A stretch of DNA of 64,000 nt from Escherichia coli (GTDB taxonomy: Bacteria > Pseudomonadota > Gammaproteobacteria > Enterobacterales > Enterobacteriaceae), in assembly GCF_003334335.1 (NCBI RefSeq), contig NZ_QOWQ01000009.1; one strand, written 5' to 3'. This document shows positions 1 through 16,475 of this stretch, in pieces. A program made the translations under genes and the position numbers. How positions within the stretch are numbered: the first letter of the stretch is position 1; each line of letters opens with the position of its first letter. Under the pieces are notes generated by a model, which was not told the DNA's origin, ran no database searches, and saw only the letters and a list, made by a program, of their open reading frames with translations.

Positions 1-1188
1 ATCCGGATCGCCCTGAATGTAATGCTCGACATACGCTTTTTGCGCGTTGTTCACCACCTGCACGGTCGGATCGTCCTGCACCAGCGCCAGATAGCTATAC
101 ATATTGTCGGCGGATTTACCGATTGGCTTGCTGACGAACTGGCGTGTGGCATCGTGATCGGCTTTGAGTGTTTCTACCAGCTTGCTGTCTTCCGCCGCGA
201 GGGATTTTTTATTGGCGATGTCGTAAATCGGCCGTGCTTCCGCTTTCGCCTGCGTCACCTGCCATTTACCGCTGTTATTACTGAGTTGTAAGTCGACCAC
301 CCCAAGATGATCGCCCCACATGCCCGGCATTACCGCCGGAACACCATTCAGCGTGCCTTTCGCGATATCAGCCCCTTCGATATCAGCAAAATCTTTACCT
401 GGGAAAACGGCGTGAGCATGGCCAAACATAATGGCGTTAACGCCAGGAATTTCACTGAGGTAATAAACTGAGTTTTCCGCCATCACTTTATACGGATCGG
501 CAGATAGCCCGGAATGCGCCAGAACGACAACGACATCGGCACCTTTCTCGCGCATTTCAGGCACGTATTTGCGCACGGTTTCGGTAATATCATTCACCGT
601 CACTTTTCCGGATAAATTAGCTTTATCCCAGCCCATGATTTGCGGCGGCACGACGCCAATATAGCCAATCTTCAGCGTCTGTTTTTTTCCGTCTTTATCG
701 ACCACTTCGGTATCTTTAATTAAATACGGTGTAAACATTGGCTGTTTGGTTCTGGCGTCAATGACGTTGGCATTTACATAAGGGAATTTCGCTCCCGCCA
801 ACGCATTTTTCAGGTAATCCAGACCGTAGTTAAATTCATGATTGCCGAGTGTACCGACCGTATAATCCAGCGTATTCAGCGCCTTATAAACCGGATGAAC
901 ATCACCTGCTTTTAATCCTTTCGCCGATATGTAATCGGCCAGCGGACTCCCCTGAATCAAATCGCCGTTATCGACCAGTACGCTGTTTTTCACTTCATTG
1001 CGGGCATCGTTAATCAGGCTTGCCGTACGTACCAGTCCGAATTTTTCCGTGGCGGTGTCTTTGTAATAATCGAAATCCATCATGTTGCTATGCAGATCAG
1101 TGGTTTCCATGATACGTAGATCGACCGTCGCTGCATTCACACTGGCGGCAATCAGCGTGGCCAGGAGCGTTGCGCTAAACTTAATCAT
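1..1188 (-). CDS. cpdB: 2',3'-cyclic-nucleotide 2'-phosphodiesterase/3'-nucleotidase, N-terminal part (3' end lies beyond window start)
   Basis: Reverse frame is open from the window edge to an ATG at 1186-1188; N-terminus reads [27 protein letters not shown] (signal peptide); window edge encodes [10 protein letters not shown]. Absent from the ORF track because the frame runs off the window. Confidence 0.85.
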   Translation of the reverse strand, partial: MIKFSATLLATLIAASVNAATVDLRIMETTDLHSNMMDFDYYKDTATEKFGLVRTASLINDARNEVKNSVLVDNGDLIQGSPLADYISAKGLKAGDVHPVYKALNTLDYTVGTLGNHEFNYGLDYLKNALAGAKFPYVNANVIDARTKQPMFTPYLIKDTEVVDKDGKKQTLKIGYIGVVPPQIMGWDKANLSGKVTVNDITETVRKYVPEMREKGADVVVVLAHSGLSADPYKVMAENSVYYLSEIPGVNAIMFGHAHAVFPGKDFADIEGADIAKGTLNGVPAVMPGMWGDHLGVVDLQLSNNSGKWQVTQAKAEARPIYDIANKKSLAAEDSKLVETLKADHDATRQFVSKPIGKSADNMYSYLALVQDDPTVQVVNNAQKAYVEHYIQGDPD

Positions 1189-1377
1189 CAGGGACATCCT
1201 TTTATCATCGGGAATACGAAAGAAAAGGGAGAATAAACGCCTTACTTATAGAACAGTGAAGAATGCCACAATTTTACGCTTTGAAAATGATGACACTATC
1301 ACAGTTGGCGCATTCATTAACGATAGGGTATAAGTAAAACAATAAGTTAACACCGCTCACAGAGACGAGGTGGAGAA

Positions 1378-2118
1378 ATGTTAGATCAAGTATGCCAGCT
1401 TGCACGGAATGCAGGCGATGCCATTATGCAGGTCTACGACGGGACGAAACCGATGGACGTCGTCAGCAAAGCGGACAATTCTCCGGTAACGGCAGCGGAT
1501 ATTGCCGCTCACACCGTTATCATGGACGGTTTACGTACGCTGACACCGGATATTCCGGTCCTTTCTGAAGAAGATCCTCCCGGTTGGGAAGTCCGTCAGC
1601 ACTGGCAGCGTTACTGGCTGGTAGACCCGCTGGATGGTACTAAAGAGTTTATTAAACGTAATGGCGAATTCACCGTTAACATTGCGCTCATTGACCATGG
1701 CAAACCGATTTTAGGTGTGGTGTATGCGCCGGTAATGAACATAATGTACAGCGCGGCAGAAGGCAAGGCCTGGAAAGAAGAGTGCGGTGTGCGCAAGCAG
1801 ATTCAGGTCCGCGATGCGCGCCCGCCGCTGGTGGTTATCAGCCGTTCCCATGCAGATGCGGAGCTGAAAGAGTATCTGCAACAGCTTGGCGAACATCAGA
1901 CCACGTCCATCGGCTCTTCGCTGAAATTTTGCCTGGTGGCGGAAGGGCAGGCGCAGCTGTACCCGCGCTTCGGACCAACGAATATTTGGGATACCGCCGC
2001 TGGTCATGCTGTGGCTGCAGCTGCCGGAGCGCACGTTCATGACTGGCAGAGTAAACCGCTGGATTACACTCCGCGCGAGTCGTTCCTGAATCCGGGATTC
2101 AGAGTGTCTATTTATTAA
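1378..2118 (+). CDS. cysQ: 3'(2'),5'-bisphosphate nucleotidase
   Basis: 246-aa ATG-initiated ORF; inositol-monophosphatase-family motifs (DPLDGT, WDTAAG). Confidence 0.95.
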   Translation: MLDQVCQLARNAGDAIMQVYDGTKPMDVVSKADNSPVTAADIAAHTVIMDGLRTLTPDIPVLSEEDPPGWEVRQHWQRYWLVDPLDGTKEFIKRNGEFTVNIALIDHGKPILGVVYAPVMNIMYSAAEGKAWKEECGVRKQIQVRDARPPLVVISRSHADAELKEYLQQLGEHQTTSIGSSLKFCLVAEGQAQLYPRFGPTNIWDTAAGHAVAAAAGAHVHDWQSKPLDYTPRESFLNPGFRVSIY

Positions 2119-2665
2119 TTAATTTATGCAGCAGGTCCATCACTTGCTGCACCTCTTCCTGTGTGAGCGCCCCGTCTTTGGCCCATTGCACGCGACCATC
2201 CTTATCCAGCACCACTACAGCGGAACTTTCTTCATCCAGCTGCCAGGCACCGCGCGCGACGCCATTGCTATCGACAATAAACTGCGACCAGGGATAAAGC
2301 TTTTTATTACTCTCCAGACTGCTGCGCACAAACATCCCTGAACCCGGAATCGCGTCGTCGGTGTTAACAATGGTGGTGGTCTGGTAGCGATCGTGCGGTA
2401 ACTTCGCTGATTTAATCGCTTCAATCAGCGTCGCGTTTTTCTCTTTTGCAGAGGTGCGACCAGCAATATGTTGCAGTACTCGCACTTTTCCCACTAACTG
2501 TGCGCTGTTCCAGGTTTTGTAGCTAAACTGATCTTTATCAAGCACCAACTCGCCTCGATCGGTAATGCCAATCGGCGGCACTCGCTGACCGGTTTCGAAC
2601 TGATGTGCGGAAGCCATCATCGGCAACAGCAGGCAGGTGAGTGCCAGAATCTTGCGTAGGGTCAT
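2108..2665 (-). CDS. ytfJ: periplasmic protein YtfJ
   Basis: 185-aa ORF with N-terminal signal peptide ([20 protein letters not shown]); 3' end overlaps cysQ convergently by 11 bp. Confidence 0.85.
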   Translation of the reverse strand: MTLRKILALTCLLLPMMASAHQFETGQRVPPIGITDRGELVLDKDQFSYKTWNSAQLVGKVRVLQHIAGRTSAKEKNATLIEAIKSAKLPHDRYQTTTIVNTDDAIPGSGMFVRSSLESNKKLYPWSQFIVDSNGVARGAWQLDEESSAVVVLDKDGRVQWAKDGALTQEEVQQVMDLLHKLINK

Positions 2666-2989
2666 GGTGTTTCCTTCTTATGATATGCAGGTGATCCGAC
2701 CACTTGGGTCTGAGTTTTAATCATATGTGCTATTTATCGAATTTCCCGCAAGTGTGATGCCAGTTTGCGGTCAAGCGCACAAATCATATGAAAAATGAAT
2801 GCTTATACTGAAGACCGCGCTTCGGTAAAAAGATAATTCTGAATAATTGTAACCTTTAGGTAAAAAAAGTTATACGCGGTGGAAACATTGCCCGGATAGT
2901 CTATAGTCACTAAGCATTAAAATTTGCGCCTCATAATAGTTGGGCCGATTGTGGCACCGCACAGGCGTAATACTCAGCAGGAGATAACA

Positions 2990-3196
2990 ATGAAAATTTT
3001 CCAACGGTACAACCCACTTCAGGTGGCGAAGTACGTAAAGATCCTGTTCCGTGGACGGTTATACATCAAGGACGTTGGCGCTTTTGAATTTGATAAGGGT
3101 AAGATTCTTATCCCAAAAGTGAAGGATAAGCTGCATTTGTCAGTGATGTCCGAAGTTAACCGTCAGGTTATGCGTCTGCAAACAGAGATGGCTTAA
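2990..3196 (+). CDS. ytfK: small protein YtfK (DUF1107)
   Basis: 68-aa ORF starting [11 protein letters not shown] with GGAG Shine-Dalgarno just upstream; the ORF-track entry from 2924 uses an upstream alternative start. Confidence 0.8.
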
Positions 3197-3221
3197 CCAA
3201 AGTGCTATGCAGTAATAAGAC

Positions 3222-3240
3222 GGCTCCTGATTCAGGAGCC
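3222..3240. terminator. hairpin GGCTCCTGA-TTC-AGGAGCC between convergent ytfK and ytfL
   Basis: Perfect 8-bp stem seen in sequence; weak T-tract follows. Confidence 0.45.
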
Positions 3241-3257
3241 GTTGATGTTTCTGGGGG

Positions 3258-4601
3258 TTACGCGACGCTTTCTTCTTTATCTTTAGCGTCAGGCAGTTTT
3301 GGCGAAAGGGCGGTGGCCTTGCTGTCGATCCGGGTCACCAGCAGCTGGTCGATGCGGTAGTTATCGATATCCACCACTTCAAATTTGTAGCCGGCGAATT
3401 TCACCGAATCGGTGCGTTTCGGGATCTTACGCAGCATAAACATCATAAAGCCGCCGATGGTTTCGTAGTTGCCCGACTGCGGGAACTCGTCAATATCCAG
3501 CACGCGCATGACGTCGTCAATTGGGGTGCCGCCGTCAATCAGCCATGAGTTCTCATCACGGGCGACAATCTGCTCTTCCAGCCCCTGACCGACTAGATCG
3601 CCCATCAGCGTGGTCATCACGTCATTGAGGGTGATGATCCCCACCACCAGCGCGTACTCGTTCATGATCACCGCGAAGTCTTCACCTGCGGTTTTAAAAC
3701 TTTCCAACGCCTCTGAAAGGGTTAACGTATCCGGCACAATCAGCGTGTTGCGAATTTGTACGCCGCTGTTCAGTGCCAGGCTTTGGTTAGCCAGCACGCG
3801 GTTCAGCAGGTCTTTAGAATCGACATAGCCGATGATGTGGTCAATATCTTCATTACAGACGAGGAACTTAGAGTGCGGATGTTCCGCCACCTTATTCTTC
3901 AGGCTTTGCTCATCTTCGTGGAGATCAAACCAAATCACGTTTTCACGCGGTGTCATTGACGACGGAACGGTACGGGATTCCAGCTCAAAGACGTTTTCAA
4001 TCAGCTCGTGTTCCTGTTTACGTAACACGCCCGCCAGCGCACCGGCTTCCACTACCGCGTAGATGTCATCAGAAGTGATGTCATCTTTACGTACCATTGG
4101 CAGTTTGAAAATACGGAAGATTATGTTCGCCAGTCCGTTGAAGAACCACACCAGCGGGGTGCAAACGTACAGGCAGAAGCGCATCGGGTTGATGATACGC
4201 AAAGCGACAGCTTCTGGCGCAATCATACCGATGCGTTTCGGGGTTAAATCCGCAAACAGGATAAACATGCCAGTCACTAACGAGAAAGAGAGAATAAAGC
4301 TCAGTTGCTCAGAGAGCTCTGCCGACATATAGCGGGAGAACAGGCTGTGAAAAGCTGGAGAAAATGCCGCATCACCGACGATACCGCCGAGAATCGCCAC
4401 TGCGTTCAGACCGATTTGGACCACGGTAAAGAACATGCCGGGATTTTCCTGCATATTCAGAACGCGTTGGGCATTTATATTGCCTTCATCAGCCAGCAGT
4501 TTAAGTTTGATTTTGCGTGAGGCGGCAAGTGAGATCTCGGACATCGAGAAGAACGCACTTACAGCGATCAAGCAGAGTATGACTAAAATACTGTTTAACA
4601 T
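3258..4601 (-). CDS. ytfL: inner-membrane protein, UPF0053 family (CNNM-type TM domain + CBS pair + CorC/HlyC C-terminal domain)
   Basis: 447-aa ORF with hydrophobic N-terminal third and CBS-like middle region. Confidence 0.9.
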   Translation of the reverse strand: MLNSILVILCLIAVSAFFSMSEISLAASRKIKLKLLADEGNINAQRVLNMQENPGMFFTVVQIGLNAVAILGGIVGDAAFSPAFHSLFSRYMSAELSEQLSFILSFSLVTGMFILFADLTPKRIGMIAPEAVALRIINPMRFCLYVCTPLVWFFNGLANIIFRIFKLPMVRKDDITSDDIYAVVEAGALAGVLRKQEHELIENVFELESRTVPSSMTPRENVIWFDLHEDEQSLKNKVAEHPHSKFLVCNEDIDHIIGYVDSKDLLNRVLANQSLALNSGVQIRNTLIVPDTLTLSEALESFKTAGEDFAVIMNEYALVVGIITLNDVMTTLMGDLVGQGLEEQIVARDENSWLIDGGTPIDDVMRVLDIDEFPQSGNYETIGGFMMFMLRKIPKRTDSVKFAGYKFEVVDIDNYRIDQLLVTRIDSKATALSPKLPDAKDKEESVA

Positions 4602-4923
4602 ATCTTATCCGACCTTTCAGGCCAGATCCTCGGAAGGGGAAGTTGATTAATTTGTGTGAAATACAAATTGAAAGCCGATTCGAAGAAAGTGAACCGGCAT
4701 TTTCAGTGGCTAGTATAGCGTAAGGTACTGTAAAGTCGCCAGAGGGTTAAAATTCAGACTGCTGATAAATGCAATACTGCCTGATGCGCTATGCCAATCA
4801 GGCCTACGCAGTCCTTGCAATATATTGAATTTGGACGATTTTGTAGGCCTGGTAAGGCGTTTACGCCGCATCTGGCATAAATAAAGCGCACTTTATCAAC
4901 AATCTACATTTGTACCCGTAACG

Positions 4924-5562
4924 CTATGCTTCCGGTGGCAGACAGACGCCAATTCCGCCAATTCCACAGTAACCATACGGGTTTTTATGCAGATATTGCT
5001 GGTGGTCATCTTCGGCATAATAAAACGGTGTGGCGTTAGCGATTTCCGTGGTGATGTGACGATCATCATCGGCGGCAAGCATCGCCGCCTGAAAACGTTC
5101 CAGACTGGCGCGAGCTGCGGCATCCTGTTCTGGGGTCAGCGGATAAATCGCTGAACGATACTGCGTGCCGTGGTCATTGCCCTGACGCATTCCCTGGGCG
5201 GGATCGTGATTCTCCCAAAATACCTGTAGCAACTGCTCATAGCTGATGACGGAAGGATCGTAAACAATGCGTACCGCTTCGGCATGACCCGTATCACCGG
5301 AGCACACTTCCCGATAAGTCGGATTTGGCGTATAGCCTCCGGTATAGCCTGCGGCGGTGCTGTAAACGCCGGGTAACTGCCAGAACAGACGCTCCACACC
5401 CCAGAAACAACCCATCGCAAAAATGGCAATCTCCATTCCGTCAGGTACATTGGTCATTGAGTGACCGTTGACCGCATGCAGCGTGGCTACGGGCATCGGG
5501 GTGTTACGTCCAGGCAGGGCATCGGCGGGGGAAACCAGATGCTTTTTATCAAATAAACTCAT
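4924..5562 (-). CDS. msrA: peptide methionine-(S)-S-oxide reductase
   Basis: 212-aa product from the ATG at 5560-5562 (MSLFDKK...); GCFWG active-site motif. The ORF-track extension to 5628 lies upstream of the real start. Confidence 0.9.
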
Positions 5563-5725
5563 GGTGTCGCTCTCCCGAAAATCGGTCATTGGGGTTAAGG
5601 TTGTAACAAGAGGCGTATTTGCACACAATAACCACCGTGAATAGGTCTAAAGTAAAACATAAGAAATATTTGGGGTTTAGTCTGCTTTTTAATCCATATT
5701 ACTGGATTTTTGTTAAGCCGTTTAA

Positions 5726-11277
<5,552 letters not shown>

Positions 11278-11279
11278 CA

Positions 11280-11621
11280 ATGCGAATATTTGTCTACGGC
11301 AGTTTACGCCACAAACAAGGCAACAGTCACTGGATGACCAATGCCCAGTTACTGGGCGATTTCAGTATCGATAACTACCAGTTGTATAGCCTGGGCCACT
11401 ATCCAGGCGCAGTTCCGGGGAACGGAACAGTACACGGTGAAGTTTATCGTATTGACAACGCCACGCTGGCCGAACTTGATGCCTTGCGCACCAGGGGCGG
11501 TGAATACGCGCGCCAGTTGATTCAGACGCCGTACGGGAGTGCATGGATGTACGTTTATCAACGACCCGTCGATGGATTAAAGCTAATTGAAAGCGGCGAC
11601 TGGTTAGACAGGGATAAGTAA
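11280..11621 (+). CDS. ytfP: gamma-glutamylcyclotransferase-like protein (AIG2/GGCT fold)
   Basis: 113-aa ORF 2 bp after tamB; N-terminal MRIFVYGSLR motif typical of the family. Confidence 0.85.
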   Translation: MRIFVYGSLRHKQGNSHWMTNAQLLGDFSIDNYQLYSLGHYPGAVPGNGTVHGEVYRIDNATLAELDALRTRGGEYARQLIQTPYGSAWMYVYQRPVDGLKLIESGDWLDRDK

Positions 11622-11629
11622 TAATAAAA

Positions 11630-11657
11630 GCACGCCACCTTCGGGTGGCGTTGTTTT
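11630..11657 (+). terminator. rho-independent terminator after ytfP
   Basis: GCCACC-TTCG-GGTGGC hairpin followed by GTTGTTTT. Confidence 0.7.
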
Positions 11658-11943
11658 ATGCGATGTATCTCGCGATTTTTTTTTGTAACTTTTCCATCTT
11701 TTGCTTTTCTCTCCGAGCCGCTTTCCATATCTGCAATCGCATAAAAAACTCTGCTGGCGTTCACAAATGTGCAGGGGTAAAACGGGGGCACGCTTTGAAC
11801 GGTGAGTATGAGTGAGGTCGGCTAACTTCCAGCAAGTGGCTATGAACAGCAAAATGGTGGTCGGGTTTGCTTGTTCTTACCGTTCAAGCCTTGCAACCGC
11901 TGAGAATAATGATGGTGGAATAGAGAGTTTATTTATCGCGGGC

Positions 11944-11983
11944 ATAAAAAAACCCTTACTAACCGAAGCCCGGCGTTCAGGGT
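11944..11983 (-). terminator. putative terminator after ppa
   Basis: On the minus strand AACCCT...AGGGTT stem followed by a T7 run (plus-strand A-run 11944-11950). Confidence 0.5.
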
Positions 11984-12000
11984 TATTGCGCTAGAAGAAC

Positions 12001-12531
12001 TTATTTATTCTTTGCGCGCTCGAAGGAAGCAACGATTTCAGCTTTAGCGGCTTCTGCGTTTTCCCAACCTTCAACTTTCACCCACTTGCCTTTTTCGAGG
12101 TCTTTGTAGTGCTCGAAGAAGTGAGCGATCTGCGCTTTCAGCAGCTCTGGCAGATCGTTAACGTCTTTAATGTGATCGTATTCTTTGCTCAGCTTTGTGT
12201 GCGGAACAGCAATCAGTTTCGCATCTTCACCGGCTTCGTCGGTCATTTTCAGAACGCCAACCGGACGGCAACGGATCACAGAACCCGGCTGCAGCGGGTA
12301 CGGAGTCGGGACCAGTACGTCAACCGGGTCACCGTCCAGAGACAGGGTGTGGTTGATGTAACCGTAGTTGCACGGATAGAACATCGCGGTGGACATGAAG
12401 CGGTCAACGAACAGTGCGCCGCTCTCTTTGTCGATTTCGTATTTGATCGGATCTGCGTTAGCCGGGATCTCAATAACAACGTAGATGTCTTCCGGCAGAT
12501 CTTTACCCGCAGGGACGTTGAGTAAGCTCAT
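12001..12531 (-). CDS. ppa: inorganic pyrophosphatase
   Basis: 176-aa [26 protein letters not shown]...; family I PPase. Confidence 0.95.
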   Translation of the reverse strand: MSLLNVPAGKDLPEDIYVVIEIPANADPIKYEIDKESGALFVDRFMSTAMFYPCNYGYINHTLSLDGDPVDVLVPTPYPLQPGSVIRCRPVGVLKMTDEAGEDAKLIAVPHTKLSKEYDHIKDVNDLPELLKAQIAHFFEHYKDLEKGKWVKVEGWENAEAAKAEIVASFERAKNK

Positions 12532-12840
12532 GTCTGTTTCCTTTAAAAATATGTGGCAAACAAGTGCCGAGTATTATAGCCAACTCGCGCCGAATGTCTT
12601 CGCTTGTTTTCGTCTTCATTTTCCTTTTTCGCCAATTTTAAGACGGTATACAGAGCAGGAAAATCCATAACCGTAGCCGCATTTTTCATAGTGAGATGAA
12701 AGCGATTACAAACTTGTGATTAACGTTTTATTTACTTCTTTGAAGTGTGATGTAACGCAATCCGTTACATAACGAATTGTCTATAGTTTTTTCGCGAACA
12801 TCTTTTCACCAATAATAATTACCCCGACGAGGACAACCCT

Positions 12841-13797
12841 ATGTGGAAACGCTTACTTGTAGTCTCTGCAGTCTCGGCAGCCATGTCGTCTATGGCGTTG
12901 GCCGCTCCATTAACCGTAGGATTTTCGCAGGTCGGATCGGAATCTGGCTGGCGCGCCGCAGAAACCAATGTGGCGAAAAGTGAGGCCGAAAAACGCGGAA
13001 TTACGCTGAAAATTGCCGATGGTCAGCAAAAGCAGGAAAACCAGATTAAAGCGGTACGTTCCTTCGTCGCGCAAGGGGTGGATGCGATCTTTATCGCTCC
13101 GGTGGTTGCGACTGGTTGGGAACCGGTATTAAAAGAGGCGAAAGATGCCGAAATCCCGGTCTTCTTGCTCGATCGTTCTATTGATGTGAAAGACAAATCT
13201 CTCTATATGACCACCGTCACTGCCGACAACATTCTCGAAGGCAAGTTGATTGGTGACTGGCTGGTAAAAGAAGTGAATGGCAAACCATGCAACGTGGTGG
13301 AGCTGCAGGGCACTGTTGGGGCCAGCGTCGCCATTGACCGTAAGAAAGGCTTTGCCGAAGCCATTAAGAATGCGCCAAATATCAAAATTATCCGCTCGCA
13401 GTCAGGTGACTTCACCCGCAGTAAAGGCAAAGAAGTCATGGAGAGCTTTATCAAAGCGGAAAACAACGGCAAAAACATCTGCATGGTTTACGCCCATAAC
13501 GACGACATGGTGATTGGTGCAATTCAGGCAATTAAAGAAGCGGGCCTGAAACCAGGCAAAGATATTCTGACAGGTTCTATCGACGGCGTACCGGATATCT
13601 ACAAAGCGATGATTGATGGCGAAGCGAACGCCAGTGTTGAACTGACGCCGAATATGGCAGGTCCCGCCTTCGACGCGCTGGAGAAATACAAAAAAGACGG
13701 CACCATGCCTGAAAAGCTGACGCTGACCAAATCCACCCTTTATCTGCCTGATACCGCAAAAGAAGAGTTAGAGAAGAAGAAAAATATGGGGTATTGA
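12841..13797 (+). CDS. ytfQ: periplasmic sugar-binding protein of an ABC transporter (galactofuranose binding protein in K-12)
   Basis: 318-aa ORF with signal peptide; periplasmic-binding-protein type I pattern. Confidence 0.9.
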   Translation: MWKRLLVVSAVSAAMSSMALAAPLTVGFSQVGSESGWRAAETNVAKSEAEKRGITLKIADGQQKQENQIKAVRSFVAQGVDAIFIAPVVATGWEPVLKEAKDAEIPVFLLDRSIDVKDKSLYMTTVTADNILEGKLIGDWLVKEVNGKPCNVVELQGTVGASVAIDRKKGFAEAIKNAPNIKIIRSQSGDFTRSKGKEVMESFIKAENNGKNICMVYAHNDDMVIGAIQAIKEAGLKPGKDILTGSIDGVPDIYKAMIDGEANASVELTPNMAGPAFDALEKYKKDGTMPEKLTLTKSTLYLPDTAKEELEKKKNMGY

Positions 13798-13807
13798 GGG
13801 TTGCTAT

Positions 13808-13907
13808 GCCTGATGCCGATTCGTAGGCCGGATAAGGCGCTCGCGCCGCATCCGGCGGTGGTGCGCTGAAGCCTGATGCGACGCTTACCGCGTCTTATCA
13901 TGCCTAC
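13808..13907. repeat. REP/BIME palindromic unit pair
   Basis: GCCGGATAAGGCGCTCGCGCCGCATCCGGC and GCCTGATGCGACGCTTACCGCGTCTTATCATGCCTAC motifs seen in sequence. Confidence 0.8.
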
Positions 13908-13936
13908 TGGGAGCACGCTTTACACCGGGGGAAACC

Positions 13937-15439
13937 ATGACGACTAACCAACACCAGGAGATCCTCCGCACCGAAGGATTAAGTAAATTTTTCCCCGGCG
14001 TCAAAGCGTTAGACAACGTTGATTTCAGCCTGCGCCGCGGCGAAATCATGGCGCTGCTCGGTGAAAACGGGGCAGGAAAATCAACGCTAATCAAAGCATT
14101 AACTGGTGTATACCACGCCGATCGCGGCACCATCTGGCTGGAAGGCCAGGCTATCTCACCGAAAAATACCGCCCATGCACAACAACTCGGTATCGGCACC
14201 GTCTATCAGGAAGTAAACCTGCTACCCAATATGTCGGTCGCTGATAATCTATTTATAGGCCGCGAACCCAAACGCTTCGGCCTTCTACGCCGCAAAGAGA
14301 TGGAAAAGCGCGCCACCGAACTGATGGCATCTTACGGTTTCTCCCTCGACGTGCGCGAACCGCTCAACCGCTTTTCAGTCGCGATGCAGCAAATCGTCGC
14401 TATTTGCCGGGCTATCGATCTCTCTGCCAAAGTGCTGATCCTCGATGAACCCACCGCCAGTCTCGACACCCAGGAAGTGGAGTTACTGTTTGACCTGATG
14501 CGTCAGTTGCGCGATCGCGGCGTCAGCCTGATTTTTGTCACTCACTTTCTCGATCAGGTCTATCAGGTCAGCGATCGGATCACCGTCTTACGCAACGGCA
14601 GTTTCGTAGGCTGTCGGGAAACGTGCGAGCTACCGCAGATCGAACTGGTAAAAATGATGCTGGGGCGCGAGCTGGATACCCACGCGCTACAGCGTGCCGG
14701 GCGAACATTGTTGAGCGACAAACCCGTTGCCGCGTTCAAAAATTACGGCAAAAAAGGAACGATCGCACCGTTTGATCTCGAAGTACGCCCCGGCGAGATC
14801 GTCGGTCTGGCTGGATTGCTGGGATCAGGACGTACCGAAACCGCCGAAGTGATCTTCGGTATCAAACCTGCTGACAGCGGCACGGCGTTGATCAAAGGCA
14901 AACCGCAAAACCTGCGATCGCCACATCAGGCTTCGGTACTGGGCATTGGCTTCTGCCCGGAAGACAGGAAAACCGATGGCATCATCGCTGCCGCCTCGGT
15001 GCGGGAAAATATCATCCTCGCTCTCCAGGCCCAGCGCGGCTGGCTACGTCCCATTTCCCGCAAAGAACAGCAAGAGATTGCCGAACGCTTTATCCGCCAG
15101 CTTGGCATTCGCACACCTTCAACTGAACAACCGATTGAATTTCTCTCTGGCGGCAATCAGCAAAAAGTGTTGCTTTCACGTTGGCTACTGACCCGACCGC
15201 AATTTCTGATCCTTGATGAGCCAACTCGCGGCATTGATGTTGGTGCCCACGCCGAGATCATCCGCCTGATTGAAACGCTATGCGCCGATGGTCTGGCGCT
15301 GCTGGTGATCTCCTCCGAACTGGAAGAACTGGTGGGCTATGCCGACCGGGTGATCATCATGCGCGATCGCAAACAGGTGGCGGAGATCCCGCTGGCAGAG
15401 CTTTCCGTTCCGGCGATCATGAACGCCATTGCGGCGTAA
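13937..15439 (+). CDS. ytfR: sugar ABC transporter ATP-binding protein (tandem ATPase cassettes)
   Basis: 500-aa ORF; Walker A GENGAGKST and signature LSGGNQQK. Confidence 0.9.
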   Translation: MTTNQHQEILRTEGLSKFFPGVKALDNVDFSLRRGEIMALLGENGAGKSTLIKALTGVYHADRGTIWLEGQAISPKNTAHAQQLGIGTVYQEVNLLPNMSVADNLFIGREPKRFGLLRRKEMEKRATELMASYGFSLDVREPLNRFSVAMQQIVAICRAIDLSAKVLILDEPTASLDTQEVELLFDLMRQLRDRGVSLIFVTHFLDQVYQVSDRITVLRNGSFVGCRETCELPQIELVKMMLGRELDTHALQRAGRTLLSDKPVAAFKNYGKKGTIAPFDLEVRPGEIVGLAGLLGSGRTETAEVIFGIKPADSGTALIKGKPQNLRSPHQASVLGIGFCPEDRKTDGIIAAASVRENIILALQAQRGWLRPISRKEQQEIAERFIRQLGIRTPSTEQPIEFLSGGNQQKVLLSRWLLTRPQFLILDEPTRGIDVGAHAEIIRLIETLCADGLALLVISSELEELVGYADRVIIMRDRKQVAEIPLAELSVPAIMNAIAA

Positions 15440-15449
15440 GGAGAACAGT

Positions 15450-16475
15450 GTGATGCCTCAATCTCTCCCGGACACTACGCCGCCGAAAAGGCGCTTTCGC
15501 TGGCCAACGGGAATGCCGCAGCTGGCGGCACTGTTGCTGGTGCTGCTGGTCGATAGCCTGGTGGCCCCGCATTTCTGGCAGGTGGTGCTCCAGGATGGGC
15601 GTTTATTCGGTAGCCCCATAGACATTCTTAACCGTGCGGCCCCCGTTGCGCTGTTGGCTATCGGAATGACGCTGGTGATCGCAACAGGTGGGATTGATCT
15701 CTCCGTGGGGGCGGTGATGGCTATCGCCGGAGCCACAACGGCTGCGATGACGGTCGCGGGATTCAGCCTGCCGATTGTTTTGTTAAGCGCCCTGGGCACT
15801 GGCATCCTGGCGGGATTGTGGAACGGCATACTGGTAGCGATCCTCAAAATTCAGCCGTTTGTTGCCACCCTGATCCTGATGGTCGCCGGGCGCGGCGTGG
15901 CGCAACTGATCACCTCCGGACAGATCGTCACGTTTAACTCGCCGGATCTCTCATGGTTTGGCAGTGGATCGCTGTTGTTCCTGCCAACGCCGGTCATTAT
16001 CGCGGTGCTGACGCTTATCCTGTTCTGGCTGTTGACCCGCAAAACGGCGCTGGGGATGTTTATCGAAGCCGTTGGTATCAACATTCGGGCGGCAAAAAAT
16101 GCCGGGGTAAACACGCGGATCATCGTCATGCTTACCTACGTGTTGAGCGGGCTGTGTGCGGCGATTGCGGGCATTATCGTGGCGGCGGATATTCGCGGTG
16201 CCGATGCCAATAACGCCGGGTTATGGCTGGAGCTGGACGCCATTCTCGCGGTGGTTATTGGCGGCGGATCGCTGATGGGCGGACGTTTTAACCTACTGCT
16301 TTCGGTGGTGGGGGCGCTGATTATTCAGGGGATGAACACCGGAATTTTGCTTTCGGGCTTTCCGCCAGAGATGAACCAGGTTGTAAAAGCGGTGGTGGTT
16401 CTTTGCGTGCTGATTGTCCAGTCGCAACGCTTTATCAGTCTGATTAAAGGAGTACGTAGCCGTGATAAAACGTAA
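15450..16475 (+). CDS. ytfT: sugar ABC transporter permease
   Basis: Polytopic membrane ORF. Start placed at GTG 15450 (341 aa, SD AAGGAG 6 nt upstream); ATG 15453 is equally possible. The ORF-track TTG at 15429 overlaps the ytfR stop. Confidence 0.85.
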   Translation: MMPQSLPDTTPPKRRFRWPTGMPQLAALLLVLLVDSLVAPHFWQVVLQDGRLFGSPIDILNRAAPVALLAIGMTLVIATGGIDLSVGAVMAIAGATTAAMTVAGFSLPIVLLSALGTGILAGLWNGILVAILKIQPFVATLILMVAGRGVAQLITSGQIVTFNSPDLSWFGSGSLLFLPTPVIIAVLTLILFWLLTRKTALGMFIEAVGINIRAAKNAGVNTRIIVMLTYVLSGLCAAIAGIIVAADIRGADANNAGLWLELDAILAVVIGGGSLMGGRFNLLLSVVGALIIQGMNTGILLSGFPPEMNQVVKAVVVLCVLIVQSQRFISLIKGVRSRDKT